A stretch of DNA of 64,000 nt from Armatimonadota bacterium. GTDB lineage: Bacteria > Sysuimicrobiota > Sysuimicrobiia > Sysuimicrobiales > Humicultoraceae. Each line of letters starts with the position of its first letter. The first letter of the stretch is position 1. Shown piece after piece: positions 38,850 to 48,407 of the stretch. A model generated the notes under the pieces. It was not told the DNA's origin, did not search any database, and saw only the letters and a program-made list of their open reading frames with translations. Location: positions 61,331 to 125,330 of the forward strand of contig JBBIOM010000002.1 of assembly GCA_037443365.1 (NCBI GenBank), written 5' to 3'. Position numbers and translations under genes: made by a program.

Positions 38850-38984
38850 GGGTGTAGTAGGCGCCATCTTCCCCTGCATTATCCGAAAACCCCCCTGGGG
38901 GGAGGCATCGGGTGTGGAGTGGATTCTTCGACTGCCCGCCCGATGACTCGCCGCGAGCGCCCGGATCCGTGGGCTTCTCGGGCC

Positions 38985-40061
38985 CTACAGCATCGGCACC
39001 CGTTGCATCAGCCGCCCGGCGACGCGATCGAGGATGTCGTCCAGGTCGGGGCCCGTGATGGTCAGGCCGTGATTGCGCAGGCCGATCACGGCGCGGCCAG
39101 GATCAGGGCTCTGGCGCACGAGCTCGGCCACCGCCTGGGCAAGCTGATAGGTGCCGCACGGGTACTGCACCTGTGTCGAGGCGACGCCCTCCATCCACGC
39201 GTGGACATGGATGATGGCGCCGACCCCGGGGTGCTCCGTGTAGATCATCCAGTGCTCGATCGCGTCCACCGACACGCGGCGCGGCTCGATCCCGGGAGGA
39301 ACGCTCAGCAGTATGACGTTGCGTTCCTGGTCGTATCCCTTGACCATGAGGATGTCGCGACCCACTACGCGCATCGCGGCCTTGTTCACCCCGCTGGCGC
39401 TCATCCAGTAGCGCCGGGCGTCCTTGCGCGCGCTGAGGTTACCGTACGACAACCCCCCCAGGCCAAACAGCCGCCTGACGTGCTCGAGATCGCGCGGTGG
39501 GAGCAGTTCCTCGATGGGAAACGCCGCCGGCAGCAGGTTGAGCGCGTCGAGATGCGCTCCGGCCTCACCCAGCGCCGCGGTGAGCTCATCTCCCCCCCAG
39601 AGCTCCTCCTCCAGGTCCGTGTGGAACTCGTTGGCAATGACGAGTTGCGCCGATGCAAGTGGGTACATCCTGGTGAAGATGCTGTCGAAGAACTCCTCCT
39701 CGCCGGCCCCATCCACGGCGAAGTAGCCCTGCTCCAGCGTCACGACGTAGGCGCGCGCCTCGCTTCCCTCCGGCAGCAGGTATATAACCATGTTGCTGAG
39801 CGTGCGCACCAGCAACGGGTACAGCGCCGGCAGGATCTCGCCCTCCGGAAGCGGGCCCTCTATCACCGAGACAACGAACGTTGCCTGCGCCCTGCGACGG
39901 AAGGGGCGGGGAGCCTCCAGGCTCACAAGGTGCAGTACGACCCTGGGCGCCTGATCCGCTGAGGTCTCGTCGAGTCCTCGCGCCAGGAGCACCCGCCGCA
40001 TCCCATCGGCGAACCACTTCTGCCTGCTGGTCCGCGGGTGACCGAAAGTGGCGAAGTTCAT
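38985..40061 (-). CDS. Class II aldolase/adducin-fold protein with an uncharacterised N-terminal domain
   Basis: The C-terminal half has YGNLSAR, MSASG, IIHVHAW, YPCGT and LRNHG (metal-binding His triad). Confidence 0.8.
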   Translation of the reverse strand: MNFATFGHPRTSRQKWFADGMRRVLLARGLDETSADQAPRVVLHLVSLEAPRPFRRRAQATFVVSVIEGPLPEGEILPALYPLLVRTLSNMVIYLLPEGSEARAYVVTLEQGYFAVDGAGEEEFFDSIFTRMYPLASAQLVIANEFHTDLEEELWGGDELTAALGEAGAHLDALNLLPAAFPIEELLPPRDLEHVRRLFGLGGLSYGNLSARKDARRYWMSASGVNKAAMRVVGRDILMVKGYDQERNVILLSVPPGIEPRRVSVDAIEHWMIYTEHPGVGAIIHVHAWMEGVASTQVQYPCGTYQLAQAVAELVRQSPDPGRAVIGLRNHGLTITGPDLDDILDRVAGRLMQRVPML

Positions 40062-40088
40062 AGGCCCCCACCCCCTGAGTTTCGTGCC

Positions 40089-40745
40089 CTAGGGTTCGAT
40101 GAGTCCCTTCCTGATCGCGTATCGAACCAGTTCGGTGCGATCGTGAAGCCCCAGCTTCTCAAAGATGTGCGCGCGGTGCGTCTGCACGGTCTTGATGCTG
40201 ATGTAGAGGCGGCTGGCGATGCCCTGATTGGTCAACCCCTCTGCGATCAGCGCCAGGACTTCGCGCTCGCGCGAGGTCAGCCCGTCGAATCGCCTGCGCT
40301 CGGTCTCCCCGCTGTCCAGGCGCCTCAGGTAGTCTTGAACCACGGTCCGGGCAACCGATGGGTAGAGAAACGCCTCGCCCCGGCTCGCGGCCCGAACCGC
40401 GTCCACCAGGTCGGTGGCCGCCGCACGCTTCAGCACGTACCCGGACGCCCCGGCGCGCAGCAGCTGGAAGACGTAGTGCTCGTCCTCGTGCATCGTGAGC
40501 GCCAGGACCCGGACGCCCGGCATTCGTTCCCGAATCCGCCGGGTGGCCTCAATGCCGGTCATGCCGGGCATGCTGATGTCCATCACGACGACATCGGGGC
40601 ACACCGACGCGACCAGTGCGATCGCCTGGGGTCCGGTTCCGGCCTCCGCCACTACCTGGATGTCGGGATGCGCCGCCAGGATCATGCGCACACCCTCGCG
40701 GACGATTGTGTGATCGTCCACGACTACCACGCGGATCCGCTTCAT
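40089..40745 (-). CDS. NarL/LuxR-family DNA-binding response regulator
   Basis: Motifs VVDDH, MDISMP, GASGYVLK and LTSREREVL..IKTVQTHR. Start at ATG 40745. Confidence 0.93.
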   Translation of the reverse strand: MKRIRVVVVDDHTIVREGVRMILAAHPDIQVVAEAGTGPQAIALVASVCPDVVVMDISMPGMTGIEATRRIRERMPGVRVLALTMHEDEHYVFQLLRAGASGYVLKRAAATDLVDAVRAASRGEAFLYPSVARTVVQDYLRRLDSGETERRRFDGLTSREREVLALIAEGLTNQGIASRLYISIKTVQTHRAHIFEKLGLHDRTELVRYAIRKGLIEP

Positions 40746-42523
40746 TGATCCGCCCCCGCGTCGCGCAGCGGCAGCGCGGCCGTGATTATCGTGCCTGCCC
40801 CGGGCCTTGAGTGCGCCTCCCAATGGCCTCCCACCAGCTCAACCCGTTCGCGCATGCCAATGAGACCGAACCCGCCGTCGCTGCCGGCCGTGCGGATCCT
40901 CTGGACGTCGAAACCCTGCCCGTTGTCTTCAATGCGGACGCGCAACTCCCTCCCGGCGAGCGCCAGGCTCACGGTCACGGCGGTGGCCCTGGAGTGGCGC
41001 TGCACATTTGCCAAGGCCTCCTGCACGAGCCGAAACACCACGGTCTCCATGGAGGGCGGGAGGCGGCCCGCCAGGCCGCTGACCGTAAGACTCCAACTGA
41101 TGCCGCGGGGATCGAGAAGCGACTTGGCGTACCAGCGTAGCGCCGCGACGAGACCCAAATCGTCAAGGATAGACGGGCGCAGGTCGTATATCAGACGGCG
41201 GATCTCGGCCAGCGTTCTCTCGGCAAGATCACGCAGCTGGACAATGTGTGCCCGCACGCGCTCGGGCGATTCCTCCTGCGCGGCGAGCTCGAGGTTCACG
41301 ATCAGCGCCGTCAGGGCCTGGCCGGCCTCGTCGTGCAGTTCGCGGGCGATGCGCCTGCGCTCGTCCTCGTGCGCGGAGATCAGCTTGTCGAGCAGTTCCC
41401 CACGGGCCCGCTCCTTGGCGGCGACCTCGTCGAAGAGCGAGCCGCGCTCCACGGCCAGACCGATCTGGTGTCCCACCGTCGAGAGCATCTGGAGCTCGCG
41501 CTCGCTGAAGGTGCGCCGGCCGGGCAGGACAAGGTTCATCAACCCCAGGGTGCGCGCGCCCACGCGCACCGGAACGGTAGCGTGCCGCGTGTGGGCAATC
41601 CCAGCCCTTGCCATTCGCTGGCATTCCACGGCGTTGGCGGCAGGCGGCAGCCGATCCTCGGCCAGCATGCGCAAGCAGTGACAGTCTCCGCTCTCACCCG
41701 GGCTGGCGTTGACGACCAGCTGCGCCGCTCGCCCAAAGGAGGCGGCAAGGGTAGCACCATCGCCCTGGCGCAGGAAGACCCATCCCGACTCGACGCCTAG
41801 CAGCCGGCCTACCAGCCGCAGCGCCTCCTGAACCGACTCCCGAACGTTGGTCAGGCGGTTCAGGGCACCGGCGATGGCGTTCAGCAGCTCAAGCTCGCGC
41901 GTGTCGCTCCACGAACGCAGGACCGCCCCTGCCCCCAGCATGAGGGTGAAGAGCCCTGCCAGCACGGTGCCGAGGTCCCCGCCCCACTCCAGCGACCGCA
42001 CGAACGGAGAGCCCACGGCCAGCAACCCGGTCAGGGCGAGTCCCCCAACGATCAGGTGGGTGCCCGGGTCACGCCTGCGCTTCTGCGCTCGATGGTATCG
42101 CGCCGCGGATGCGACGAACAGCGCTCCGGCGACGAGCGCCGGTGGCAGCGCGCTCCAGGGCGGGACGCTTCCTGAGGCTCCTGGCAGGAAGGACGCGGAA
42201 GCAGCCATCAGGGCCGCCGCCGCTCCCCATCGGAGAAGAGGTCGGTGGGCCTGAAACGACCCAAACAGCATCAGGGCGGCCGCCAGTCGCAGTGCGTGCA
42301 TTGCGGCCGCCAGCGCCGGGGGAGCGGCCGCACCGATGATCGCGTCGGCCACCGCGTGCGCGGTGAGGAGCGTGTATGCCGCCGCCCACCACAGGACCAC
42401 GCGCCCGCGCGTGTCGGCGTAGCGCAGCAGCATGAGCAGGGCCACGGCCAGGTGCGCGCCCACGCCGAAGGCGCCGGCGGCAGGCACCACTTGCAGCAGG
42501 CTGGAGCTCGACACGCCCGACAC
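40742..42523 (-). CDS. Membrane-bound GAF-domain sensor histidine kinase (HisKA_3 type)
   Basis: Hydrophobic multi-TM N-terminus, then a GAF domain, EDERRRIARELHDEAGQ, QEALANV, EDNGQGF and GFGLIGMRER. Confidence 0.9.
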   Translation of the reverse strand: MSGVSSSSLLQVVPAAGAFGVGAHLAVALLMLLRYADTRGRVVLWWAAAYTLLTAHAVADAIIGAAAPPALAAAMHALRLAAALMLFGSFQAHRPLLRWGAAAALMAASASFLPGASGSVPPWSALPPALVAGALFVASAARYHRAQKRRRDPGTHLIVGGLALTGLLAVGSPFVRSLEWGGDLGTVLAGLFTLMLGAGAVLRSWSDTRELELLNAIAGALNRLTNVRESVQEALRLVGRLLGVESGWVFLRQGDGATLAASFGRAAQLVVNASPGESGDCHCLRMLAEDRLPPAANAVECQRMARAGIAHTRHATVPVRVGARTLGLMNLVLPGRRTFSERELQMLSTVGHQIGLAVERGSLFDEVAAKERARGELLDKLISAHEDERRRIARELHDEAGQALTALIVNLELAAQEESPERVRAHIVQLRDLAERTLAEIRRLIYDLRPSILDDLGLVAALRWYAKSLLDPRGISWSLTVSGLAGRLPPSMETVVFRLVQEALANVQRHSRATAVTVSLALAGRELRVRIEDNGQGFDVQRIRTAGSDGGFGLIGMRERVELVGGHWEAHSRPGAGTIITAALPLRDAGADQ

Positions 42524-42535
42524 CCTCCCCGGCCC

Positions 42536-43531
42536 TCAGCGGGTCCTGTCCACCACGAACTGCGACAGGCGCAGCAGGCTGGTCCGGGCCGGACCGCCCG
42601 GCAGCACATCGAGGGCGGCGGCGGCCGCAACCGCGTGTTCCGCAGCGGCGTCCACCGCGTGCCGGAGCCCGCCGAGACGAGCAAGCAGGCCCCGCGTCGC
42701 GGCGTGCGCGTCGGCATCCCGTGGCCGCCGCAGCATGTCAAGCAGGAGCTCGCGGTCGGGGCCCGACGCGTTGCGCAGCGCCGCGATGACAGGCAGCGTG
42801 ATCGTACCCGTGGCGATGTCGCTCCCTGTGGGCTTCCCGAGCGACTCGAGATCTCCGACGAGATCGAGGATGTCATCGGTGATCTGAAACGCCAGCCCCC
42901 ACCTGTGCCCGAACTCGGCCATCGCCGCGGCCATGGCAGGCGGTGCGCCGGCCAGCAGCGCGCCGCACCGGCACGCGGCGGAGAACAGGGCCGCGGTCTT
43001 GCCCCCGATGATCGAGTAGTAGCGCGCCTCGTCTTCGTGCATCTGGGAGCCGGTCTCGGCCGCCATGATCTCCGCCCGGCTCATCAAGACCGAGGCCTCG
43101 GCAATCGCCGGCGCAACCTGCGGGTGGCCGATGCGGCTGATCATACCGAAGGCCGTGGCGAACAGGTAGTCGCCAGCCAGGACCGCGATCTGGTTGCCCC
43201 AGCGGGCGTTCACGGTCCTGGTGCCCCGTCGCAGGTCGGCCGCGTCAATGATGTCGTCGTGGATGAGCGAGGCCACGTGCACCAACTCCACGGCGCCGGC
43301 CAGCAGGATCCGCTGCTCGCCGGCGCCCCCGCAGGCGTGCGCGCAAAGCAGCGCCAGCGCCGGGCGGATGAGCTTTCCCTTCGCTGACAGCACGTGATCC
43401 ACCAGCCCAGAGATGAACGGGTCGCCGGACGCGAGCTCGCGGCGCAGGGTGTGAGCGAGCGCGTCCAGGTCCGCGGCCACCGGCGCGTAGATGCTATCCA
43501 GATCGTTTCCTGCGCGCGACGTCCCGGACAT
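42536..43531 (-). CDS. Trans-polyprenyl diphosphate synthase (hepta/octaprenyl type)
   Basis: Motifs GKLIRP, HVASLIHDDIID..RRG, GKTA and AFQITDDILD. Start at ATG 43531. Confidence 0.93.
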   Translation of the reverse strand: MSGTSRAGNDLDSIYAPVAADLDALAHTLRRELASGDPFISGLVDHVLSAKGKLIRPALALLCAHACGGAGEQRILLAGAVELVHVASLIHDDIIDAADLRRGTRTVNARWGNQIAVLAGDYLFATAFGMISRIGHPQVAPAIAEASVLMSRAEIMAAETGSQMHEDEARYYSIIGGKTAALFSAACRCGALLAGAPPAMAAAMAEFGHRWGLAFQITDDILDLVGDLESLGKPTGSDIATGTITLPVIAALRNASGPDRELLLDMLRRPRDADAHAATRGLLARLGGLRHAVDAAAEHAVAAAAALDVLPGGPARTSLLRLSQFVVDRTR

Positions 43532-44433
43532 CAGCGGCCTCCCTGGCGCAGCACGGCCCAGGCCAGCCCCAGGGTCAGCAGGCCGGCGAGCGTCGCGGCC
43601 GCCGCCGGCGCCGGCCATTGCCGCAGCACCGGCACGCCCTCTACCGTCAGGAGAAGATCGCCTGCGGGTACGGCGCGCGCGGCCGCGCGCGTGTAGGTTC
43701 GCCCCCCGGTGGTCAGCGGCGGGACCTGCGCCAGCAGCGGGGAACGCGCCTCGGCGGGGGCGGTGACAAACAGCTCCAGGCGTTCAGCCGAAAGCGGCAG
43801 CCTGCGCCCCAGGTCCACTTCGCCTGAGCCAGCCACGCTGTAGCCGTACGCGACCTGGTGAGTGCCAGGCCGCACCGTGAGCCTGTCCACGATCGCACCG
43901 CCCTCCAGCCCGGGCGCGTGCAGCCCGTCAAAGAAGGAAACGTACCTGGCTCCTGCGGGCAGGGGCAGGATCACGCGGCCCAAGAAGGTCGCTCCTCCCG
44001 TGTTCCTGATGTGGGCGGCTTCGGAGACGCGCACGTATCCGGACCTGACCTCGACCGCGATGCCCAGAAGCGAGAGGCGAAGCGGCACCCGGTCCGAAGC
44101 ATCGTACACCTGAATGACGGTCTCCTGCGGCATCCCGCTCCCCACAAGGGCGTGCGCCGCGTAGGTCACCCCGTCACGCACGCACTGCACGAGATATCGC
44201 CCCTCCGGCAGGCCGCGAAACTCAAACCTCCCGCGCGCGTCGCTGCGCGTCCGACCCGCCTGCACGGCGCCGTCCGGGCCGACCAGGAGGAGCGTCACCT
44301 CGGTCCCCGGGACAGGCTTCCCGGTGGTGGCGTGCCGCACCAGCCCGGAGGCAACCCCGCCCGCGGGCGCGGCAGCGACTAAGCCCTCCGGGACACCAGC
44401 GAGCAGCAGTGCGGCCAGCAGGAGTGCCCTCAC
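43531..44433 (-). CDS. Exported, C-terminally membrane-anchored protein with carboxypeptidase-regulatory-like (Ig/Cna-B) domain
   Basis: Signal peptide MRALLLAALLLAG, SDARGRFEFRGLPEGRY beta-sandwich motif and a C-terminal TM helix. Coupled to the ccm operon. Confidence 0.72.
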   Translation of the reverse strand: MRALLLAALLLAGVPEGLVAAAPAGGVASGLVRHATTGKPVPGTEVTLLLVGPDGAVQAGRTRSDARGRFEFRGLPEGRYLVQCVRDGVTYAAHALVGSGMPQETVIQVYDASDRVPLRLSLLGIAVEVRSGYVRVSEAAHIRNTGGATFLGRVILPLPAGARYVSFFDGLHAPGLEGGAIVDRLTVRPGTHQVAYGYSVAGSGEVDLGRRLPLSAERLELFVTAPAEARSPLLAQVPPLTTGGRTYTRAAARAVPAGDLLLTVEGVPVLRQWPAPAAAATLAGLLTLGLAWAVLRQGGR

Positions 44434-44588
44434 TGGCCTGCCCCTGACCCGGGCATCTGGCGGGGGATATGCGCGGCCTCGAGCGCATCGCGCGGGTCAG
44501 CCTCTGCAATCCGCGTCGCCCGGAACACCGGCGCAAGCAGGTATGCTGCCAGAAGGACCGCCGTGACGAAGAAACCCGCCTCGATCAT
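44430..44588 (-). CDS. Small single-TM protein, possibly a truncated CcmI/CcmH-like fragment (52 aa)
   Basis: Sequence MIEAGFFVTAVLLAAYLLAPVF... It has an ATGA overlap with the ccmF stop and a GTGA overlap with the next gene. Confidence 0.5.
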   Translation of the reverse strand: MIEAGFFVTAVLLAAYLLAPVFRATRIAEADPRDALEAAHIPRQMPGSGAGQ

Positions 44589-46528
44589 TGCGCCCTCAAC
44601 CGTCGTTCGGGCAGGACCGCGAGCGCCGCCCCGAGCGCTGCCACGGCGCCCCCGGCCCAGAGCCACGATACCATGGGATGCACGAGTACGCGGATCGTCC
44701 CCGCACCATCCGGCGTCCACTCTGACAGGATCATGTAGAGATCTTCGCGCGGCGTCGAGCGTACGGCGACATGGTGCACCGGCTGCTCCTGCGCGCGATA
44801 GTAGTACCGCCCCGGCGTGTACGCCCCCAGGTACTTGTCGCCGGCCCAGACGCGCAGCGTTGCCTCGGTGACTTCTGTGCCCGGGAGATCCCTGTGGCTG
44901 AGGCCTCCGTACTCGATGGTGTAGCGCCCGATGCTCATGCGCTCCCCCGGGCGCAGCGTGTCGCCGGCCTGGGTGTCGAAGACGCTGCTTGCCGCGGTCC
45001 CTGCGAGCAGCAGGAGGATACCGAGGTGCGCCACGTGGCCCCCGTAGCGGCGCCGGTCCTGTGCGAACAGCCTCGCCAGGGCTACGGGCGCGGCCTCCCC
45101 CTGTCGCACGCGAACCCACGTGCCCAGGACGGCCTCCTGCACGATCGTGCCCAGCACGAACAGGGCGGTGGCAAGCACGAGGAGAGCGCCCGCGTGACGC
45201 ACGCCGAGCAGGCCCAGCACCAGTGCGCAGAGCACCGCCGCGGCCGCCGGGAGCGCGAGGTTCCTGGCAAGCCGGCCGGGCGACGCCTGGCGCCACGGCA
45301 GCAGCGGACCGATCCCCATCAGCAGCAGCACGCCTACGCCGATGGGCACCATCACCGTGTTGAAGTAGGGTGGCCCGACGTTGATCTTGACGCCGCCCAG
45401 GGCCTCTGTCAGGATCGGGAACAGCGTGCCCAGCAGCACAACGAAGGCCGCGGCCACAAACAGCAGGTTGTTGGCAAGAAAGGCCGTCTCCCGGCACAGA
45501 ACCGACTCGACGGTTCCCCGGCCGCGCAGGCTCTCCCACCGCCAGGTGAGCAGGCCGAAGGAGGCGAGCAGCAGGATCGCCAGGAAGCCCAGGAAGAGAT
45601 AGCCTACGAGGGGCGCCTCGGCAAATGCGTGGACCGAGGACAGCACCCCGCTTCGCACAAGGAAGGTGCCGAGAACCGTCAGCCCGAAGGTGAGCAAGAC
45701 CAGGGCCATGTTCCACGCCGCCAGCATTCCACGCCTCTGCTGGACCTGGACAGAGTGGATGAACGCCGTGGCCGTCAACCAGGGCATGAGCGCCGCGTTC
45801 TCAACCGGGTCCCACGCCCAGTAGCCACCCCATCCCAGCACCACGTACGACCACTTCGCCCCCAGCAGCAGGCCCAGCGTAAGGAAGATCCACGGCACGA
45901 TGACCCAACGCCGCGAGAGCGCCACCCAGGTCTCGTCCAGGCGGCCCGTGATGAGCGATGCCACCGCAAGCGCGAACGGCACGCTCATGCCGACGAACCC
46001 CAGGTAGAGCATCGGAGGGTGAACCAACATCCACGGGTTGCGCAGTAGGGGGTTCAACCCCTGCCCATCAGGGGGCGGCGGAACCAGCGGCGAAAACGGA
46101 TTGCTCGCGCCCGCCAGCAGGATTGAGAAGAAGACGGCCACGAACAGCAGCGTGGCGGTCGCAGGGCCCTGAAGGTCGGGGTGCGAGCGCAGGCCCCAGA
46201 CCGCCGCGACCATGTAGCCCGCCAGGATGAGGGCCCACAGCAGCAGCGCGCCGTCGTGCCCGCCCCAGAAGGCCGCAATCGTCTGCCCAAGGGGCTGTGC
46301 TGAGTCGCTCACCAGCGCGACGAAGCGCACAGAGAAGTCCCGGGTGAGGAACGCGGTCAACAGCGCGGCCGAAGCCAGCGCCACCAGGAGCGCCCAGACC
46401 GCCACGGCCCGACGCCCGCTGGCGAGACACCCGCCGTGGCGTAGCGCGATGCCCAGCGTCGTCGCCGCGAGGCCGTAGAGGGCGACAACAAGACCGGCCA
46501 GCAGGGCGAACCTGCCGATCTCACCCAC
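44585..46528 (-). CDS. ccmF: Cytochrome c biogenesis heme lyase
   Basis: Motifs GQGLNPLL, HPPMLYLG, LGWGGYWAWDPVENA and RSGVLSSVHAF. Confidence 0.96.
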   Translation of the reverse strand: MGEIGRFALLAGLVVALYGLAATTLGIALRHGGCLASGRRAVAVWALLVALASAALLTAFLTRDFSVRFVALVSDSAQPLGQTIAAFWGGHDGALLLWALILAGYMVAAVWGLRSHPDLQGPATATLLFVAVFFSILLAGASNPFSPLVPPPPDGQGLNPLLRNPWMLVHPPMLYLGFVGMSVPFALAVASLITGRLDETWVALSRRWVIVPWIFLTLGLLLGAKWSYVVLGWGGYWAWDPVENAALMPWLTATAFIHSVQVQQRRGMLAAWNMALVLLTFGLTVLGTFLVRSGVLSSVHAFAEAPLVGYLFLGFLAILLLASFGLLTWRWESLRGRGTVESVLCRETAFLANNLLFVAAAFVVLLGTLFPILTEALGGVKINVGPPYFNTVMVPIGVGVLLLMGIGPLLPWRQASPGRLARNLALPAAAAVLCALVLGLLGVRHAGALLVLATALFVLGTIVQEAVLGTWVRVRQGEAAPVALARLFAQDRRRYGGHVAHLGILLLLAGTAASSVFDTQAGDTLRPGERMSIGRYTIEYGGLSHRDLPGTEVTEATLRVWAGDKYLGAYTPGRYYYRAQEQPVHHVAVRSTPREDLYMILSEWTPDGAGTIRVLVHPMVSWLWAGGAVAALGAALAVLPERRLRAQ

Positions 46529-46548
46529 GGGGCTCCCCGATCATGCGC

Positions 46549-46941
46549 TCACCGCCGCGGGCGCTTCTCCTTGTACTCGACCGGGTGCGTAGAGATGACT
46601 TGCGAGGCCTGCAGGACCCCGTCGCTGGCCAGCCGTCCCTCCACGAGCACGTCCTTGCCCTCAGCGAACAGGTCGGGCAGCGGCCCGCGATAGCGCACCT
46701 CCAGGCGCGCGGCCTCGTCGGCGATCACGAACCGGGATTCGCCGCCGAACCTGACCACGGATCCCTCCGCCACCCTCCCGGCTATCCTGACCCGGGCCGC
46801 GCGCAGTTCCGTCCGGGCCGCGAACTCGGAGGTGGTCAGGTAGTACACCAGGGAGGACCGGGCGCCCTGGTAGGCCGCGAACGCCAACCCCAGCACGATG
46901 ATCGCTCCGCCGGCGAGCAGTTTGCGGCGCGCCGGGATCAC
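46549..46941 (-). CDS. ccmE: Heme chaperone CcmE
   Basis: N-terminal TM helix, YYLT, YRGPLPDLFAEG and an HxxxY motif (HPVEY). Confidence 0.9.
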   Translation of the reverse strand: MIPARRKLLAGGAIIVLGLAFAAYQGARSSLVYYLTTSEFAARTELRAARVRIAGRVAEGSVVRFGGESRFVIADEAARLEVRYRGPLPDLFAEGKDVLVEGRLASDGVLQASQVISTHPVEYKEKRPRR

Positions 46942-47069
46942 CGGCGAGCCCCCCGCGCGCCGGTCGCGTCCCGAAGGTCGGCGATCAGGCGCTGCCGCGC
47001 CACGAGCGTGGCGGCGTACCCCGCCAGCAGCAGGACCATGACGATGTAGGCCGCGGCCACGTATCCCAC
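46938..47069 (-). CDS. ccmD: CcmD-like heme exporter small subunit
   Basis: 43-aa VGYVAAAYIVMVLLLAGY... (TM helix plus charged tail) between ccmC and ccmE. Confidence 0.72.
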   Translation of the reverse strand: MGYVAAAYIVMVLLLAGYAATLVARQRLIADLRDATGARGARR

Positions 47070-47071
47070 CC

Positions 47072-47731
47072 CTACGCGTCCTCCTCCAGGGCCTCCGACA
47101 GCGCGTCCAGGGTCCGTTCCTGCCCGATGCGCAGAAGGAGCAGCGCGGAGAAGAAGACCAGGAACGCGGCCAGATTGACCAGGAGCGGGATCAGCATGCC
47201 AGCAGGCAGCGCAGGCCCCTCGACGCGGAAGACCGTCGGCTGCGGGTGAAGCGTGCGCAGGATACGGGCCGACCAGTGAATGACAGGGATGTCCAGCACT
47301 CCCACGATTCCAATGACCGCGGCCGCGCTCGCGCCGCGGACCCCAGGCGCCCAGGCGCGCACCATCAGGTACCCTACGTAGATGAACCAAAGAACCAGCG
47401 TGGTGGTCAGGCGCGCGTCCCAGGTCCACCAGGCGCCCCAGACCGCCCTCCCCCAGATAGCGCCCGAGAGCAGGGTAATGGAGACGAACAGCACACCCAG
47501 CTCGGCCGCCGAGCGCGCCAGGCGGTCCCAACGAGGGTCGCGACGAGACAGGTACAGCACGCTCCCGACAAACACAACGAGCAGCGCCACGTAGGCGGTG
47601 ATCACGCTGGGCACGTGCACGTACATGATCCGCTGCGGGGCGCCCTGAAACAGTTCGATGGGCGCCACCAGCAACGCCCAGGCGACGCCCACGAGCAACA
47701 GCGCGCCTCCGAGGAACAGCAGCACCCTCAC
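47072..47731 (-). CDS. ccmC: Heme exporter CcmC
   Basis: Motifs RIMYVHVP, WGRAVWGAWWTWDARLT and RTLHP. Start approximate (GTG 47731). Confidence 0.93.
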   Translation of the reverse strand: MRVLLFLGGALLLVGVAWALLVAPIELFQGAPQRIMYVHVPSVITAYVALLVVFVGSVLYLSRRDPRWDRLARSAAELGVLFVSITLLSGAIWGRAVWGAWWTWDARLTTTLVLWFIYVGYLMVRAWAPGVRGASAAAVIGIVGVLDIPVIHWSARILRTLHPQPTVFRVEGPALPAGMLIPLLVNLAAFLVFFSALLLLRIGQERTLDALSEALEEDA

Positions 47732-47759
47732 CCGTATGCTCCCCCCGGCGACCGGCCGA

Positions 47760-48407
47760 TCATTCCTCAACGACGTACTCGAACAGCAAGAAACTCGCCG
47801 TGACGAAGATGATATCAAAAGCCAGTAGCAGCCGCAATTCCGAGCCAACTGCTCGAAGCGGCAGGCCTTCGAGGATTCCGGCCGTCGCGCCCACGGCCGC
47901 GATCACAAGGGGGAGCACGACCGGGAGCATGAGGATCGGCAGGAGCGCTTCCCTCAGGCGAGCCTGCACGACGAGCGCCCCGAGCAGGGTTCCCACGGCG
48001 GCTAGACCGATCCCGCCCAGCAACAGGGGCAGGGCAAGCGCGGGAAGATGCCTCCAGATAGCCTCGGTAAACAGCGCGCCGAGCAGCGGCAGGGACAACA
48101 CCTGAACGACCACCAGCCCGAGCCAGTTGGCCAGCGCCTTGGTCAGGAAGATCAGCCCGCGGTCCAGCGGGGCAAGCAAGAGCCCGGCCAGGTGGTCGCG
48201 CTCTATGACGAAGGTGCGAGCAAACCCCAACGTTGCGCCGAAGGCGTAGGTCACCCACATCGCCGAGGGCGCGGCATCCGCGCCCGACCGCGTGGCGCCG
48301 AGCACGATGGCCAGCAGCAGCGCAAGCAGGCCCATGACCGAGACGATCTCTCGGCCGCGCCACTCCAGGAGCAGGTCCTTGCCTACCAGCAGGCGCACGG
48401 CCTTCAA
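47760..48407 (-). CDS. ccmB: Heme exporter permease CcmB
   Basis: Motifs KDLLLEWR, GLLLAP..IFLTK and REALLPILMLP. The TTG start overlaps the ccmA stop. Confidence 0.9.
   Translation of the reverse strand: MKAVRLLVGKDLLLEWRGREIVSVMGLLALLLAIVLGATRSGADAAPSAMWVTYAFGATLGFARTFVIERDHLAGLLLAPLDRGLIFLTKALANWLGLVVVQVLSLPLLGALFTEAIWRHLPALALPLLLGGIGLAAVGTLLGALVVQARLREALLPILMLPVVLPLVIAAVGATAGILEGLPLRAVGSELRLLLAFDIIFVTASFLLFEYVVEE

Noticed and set aside
44430-45716. 428-aa minus-strand ORF overlapping ccmF
   Set aside because: Alternative frame of ccmF. Only the final 52 codons after the ccmF stop look coding.
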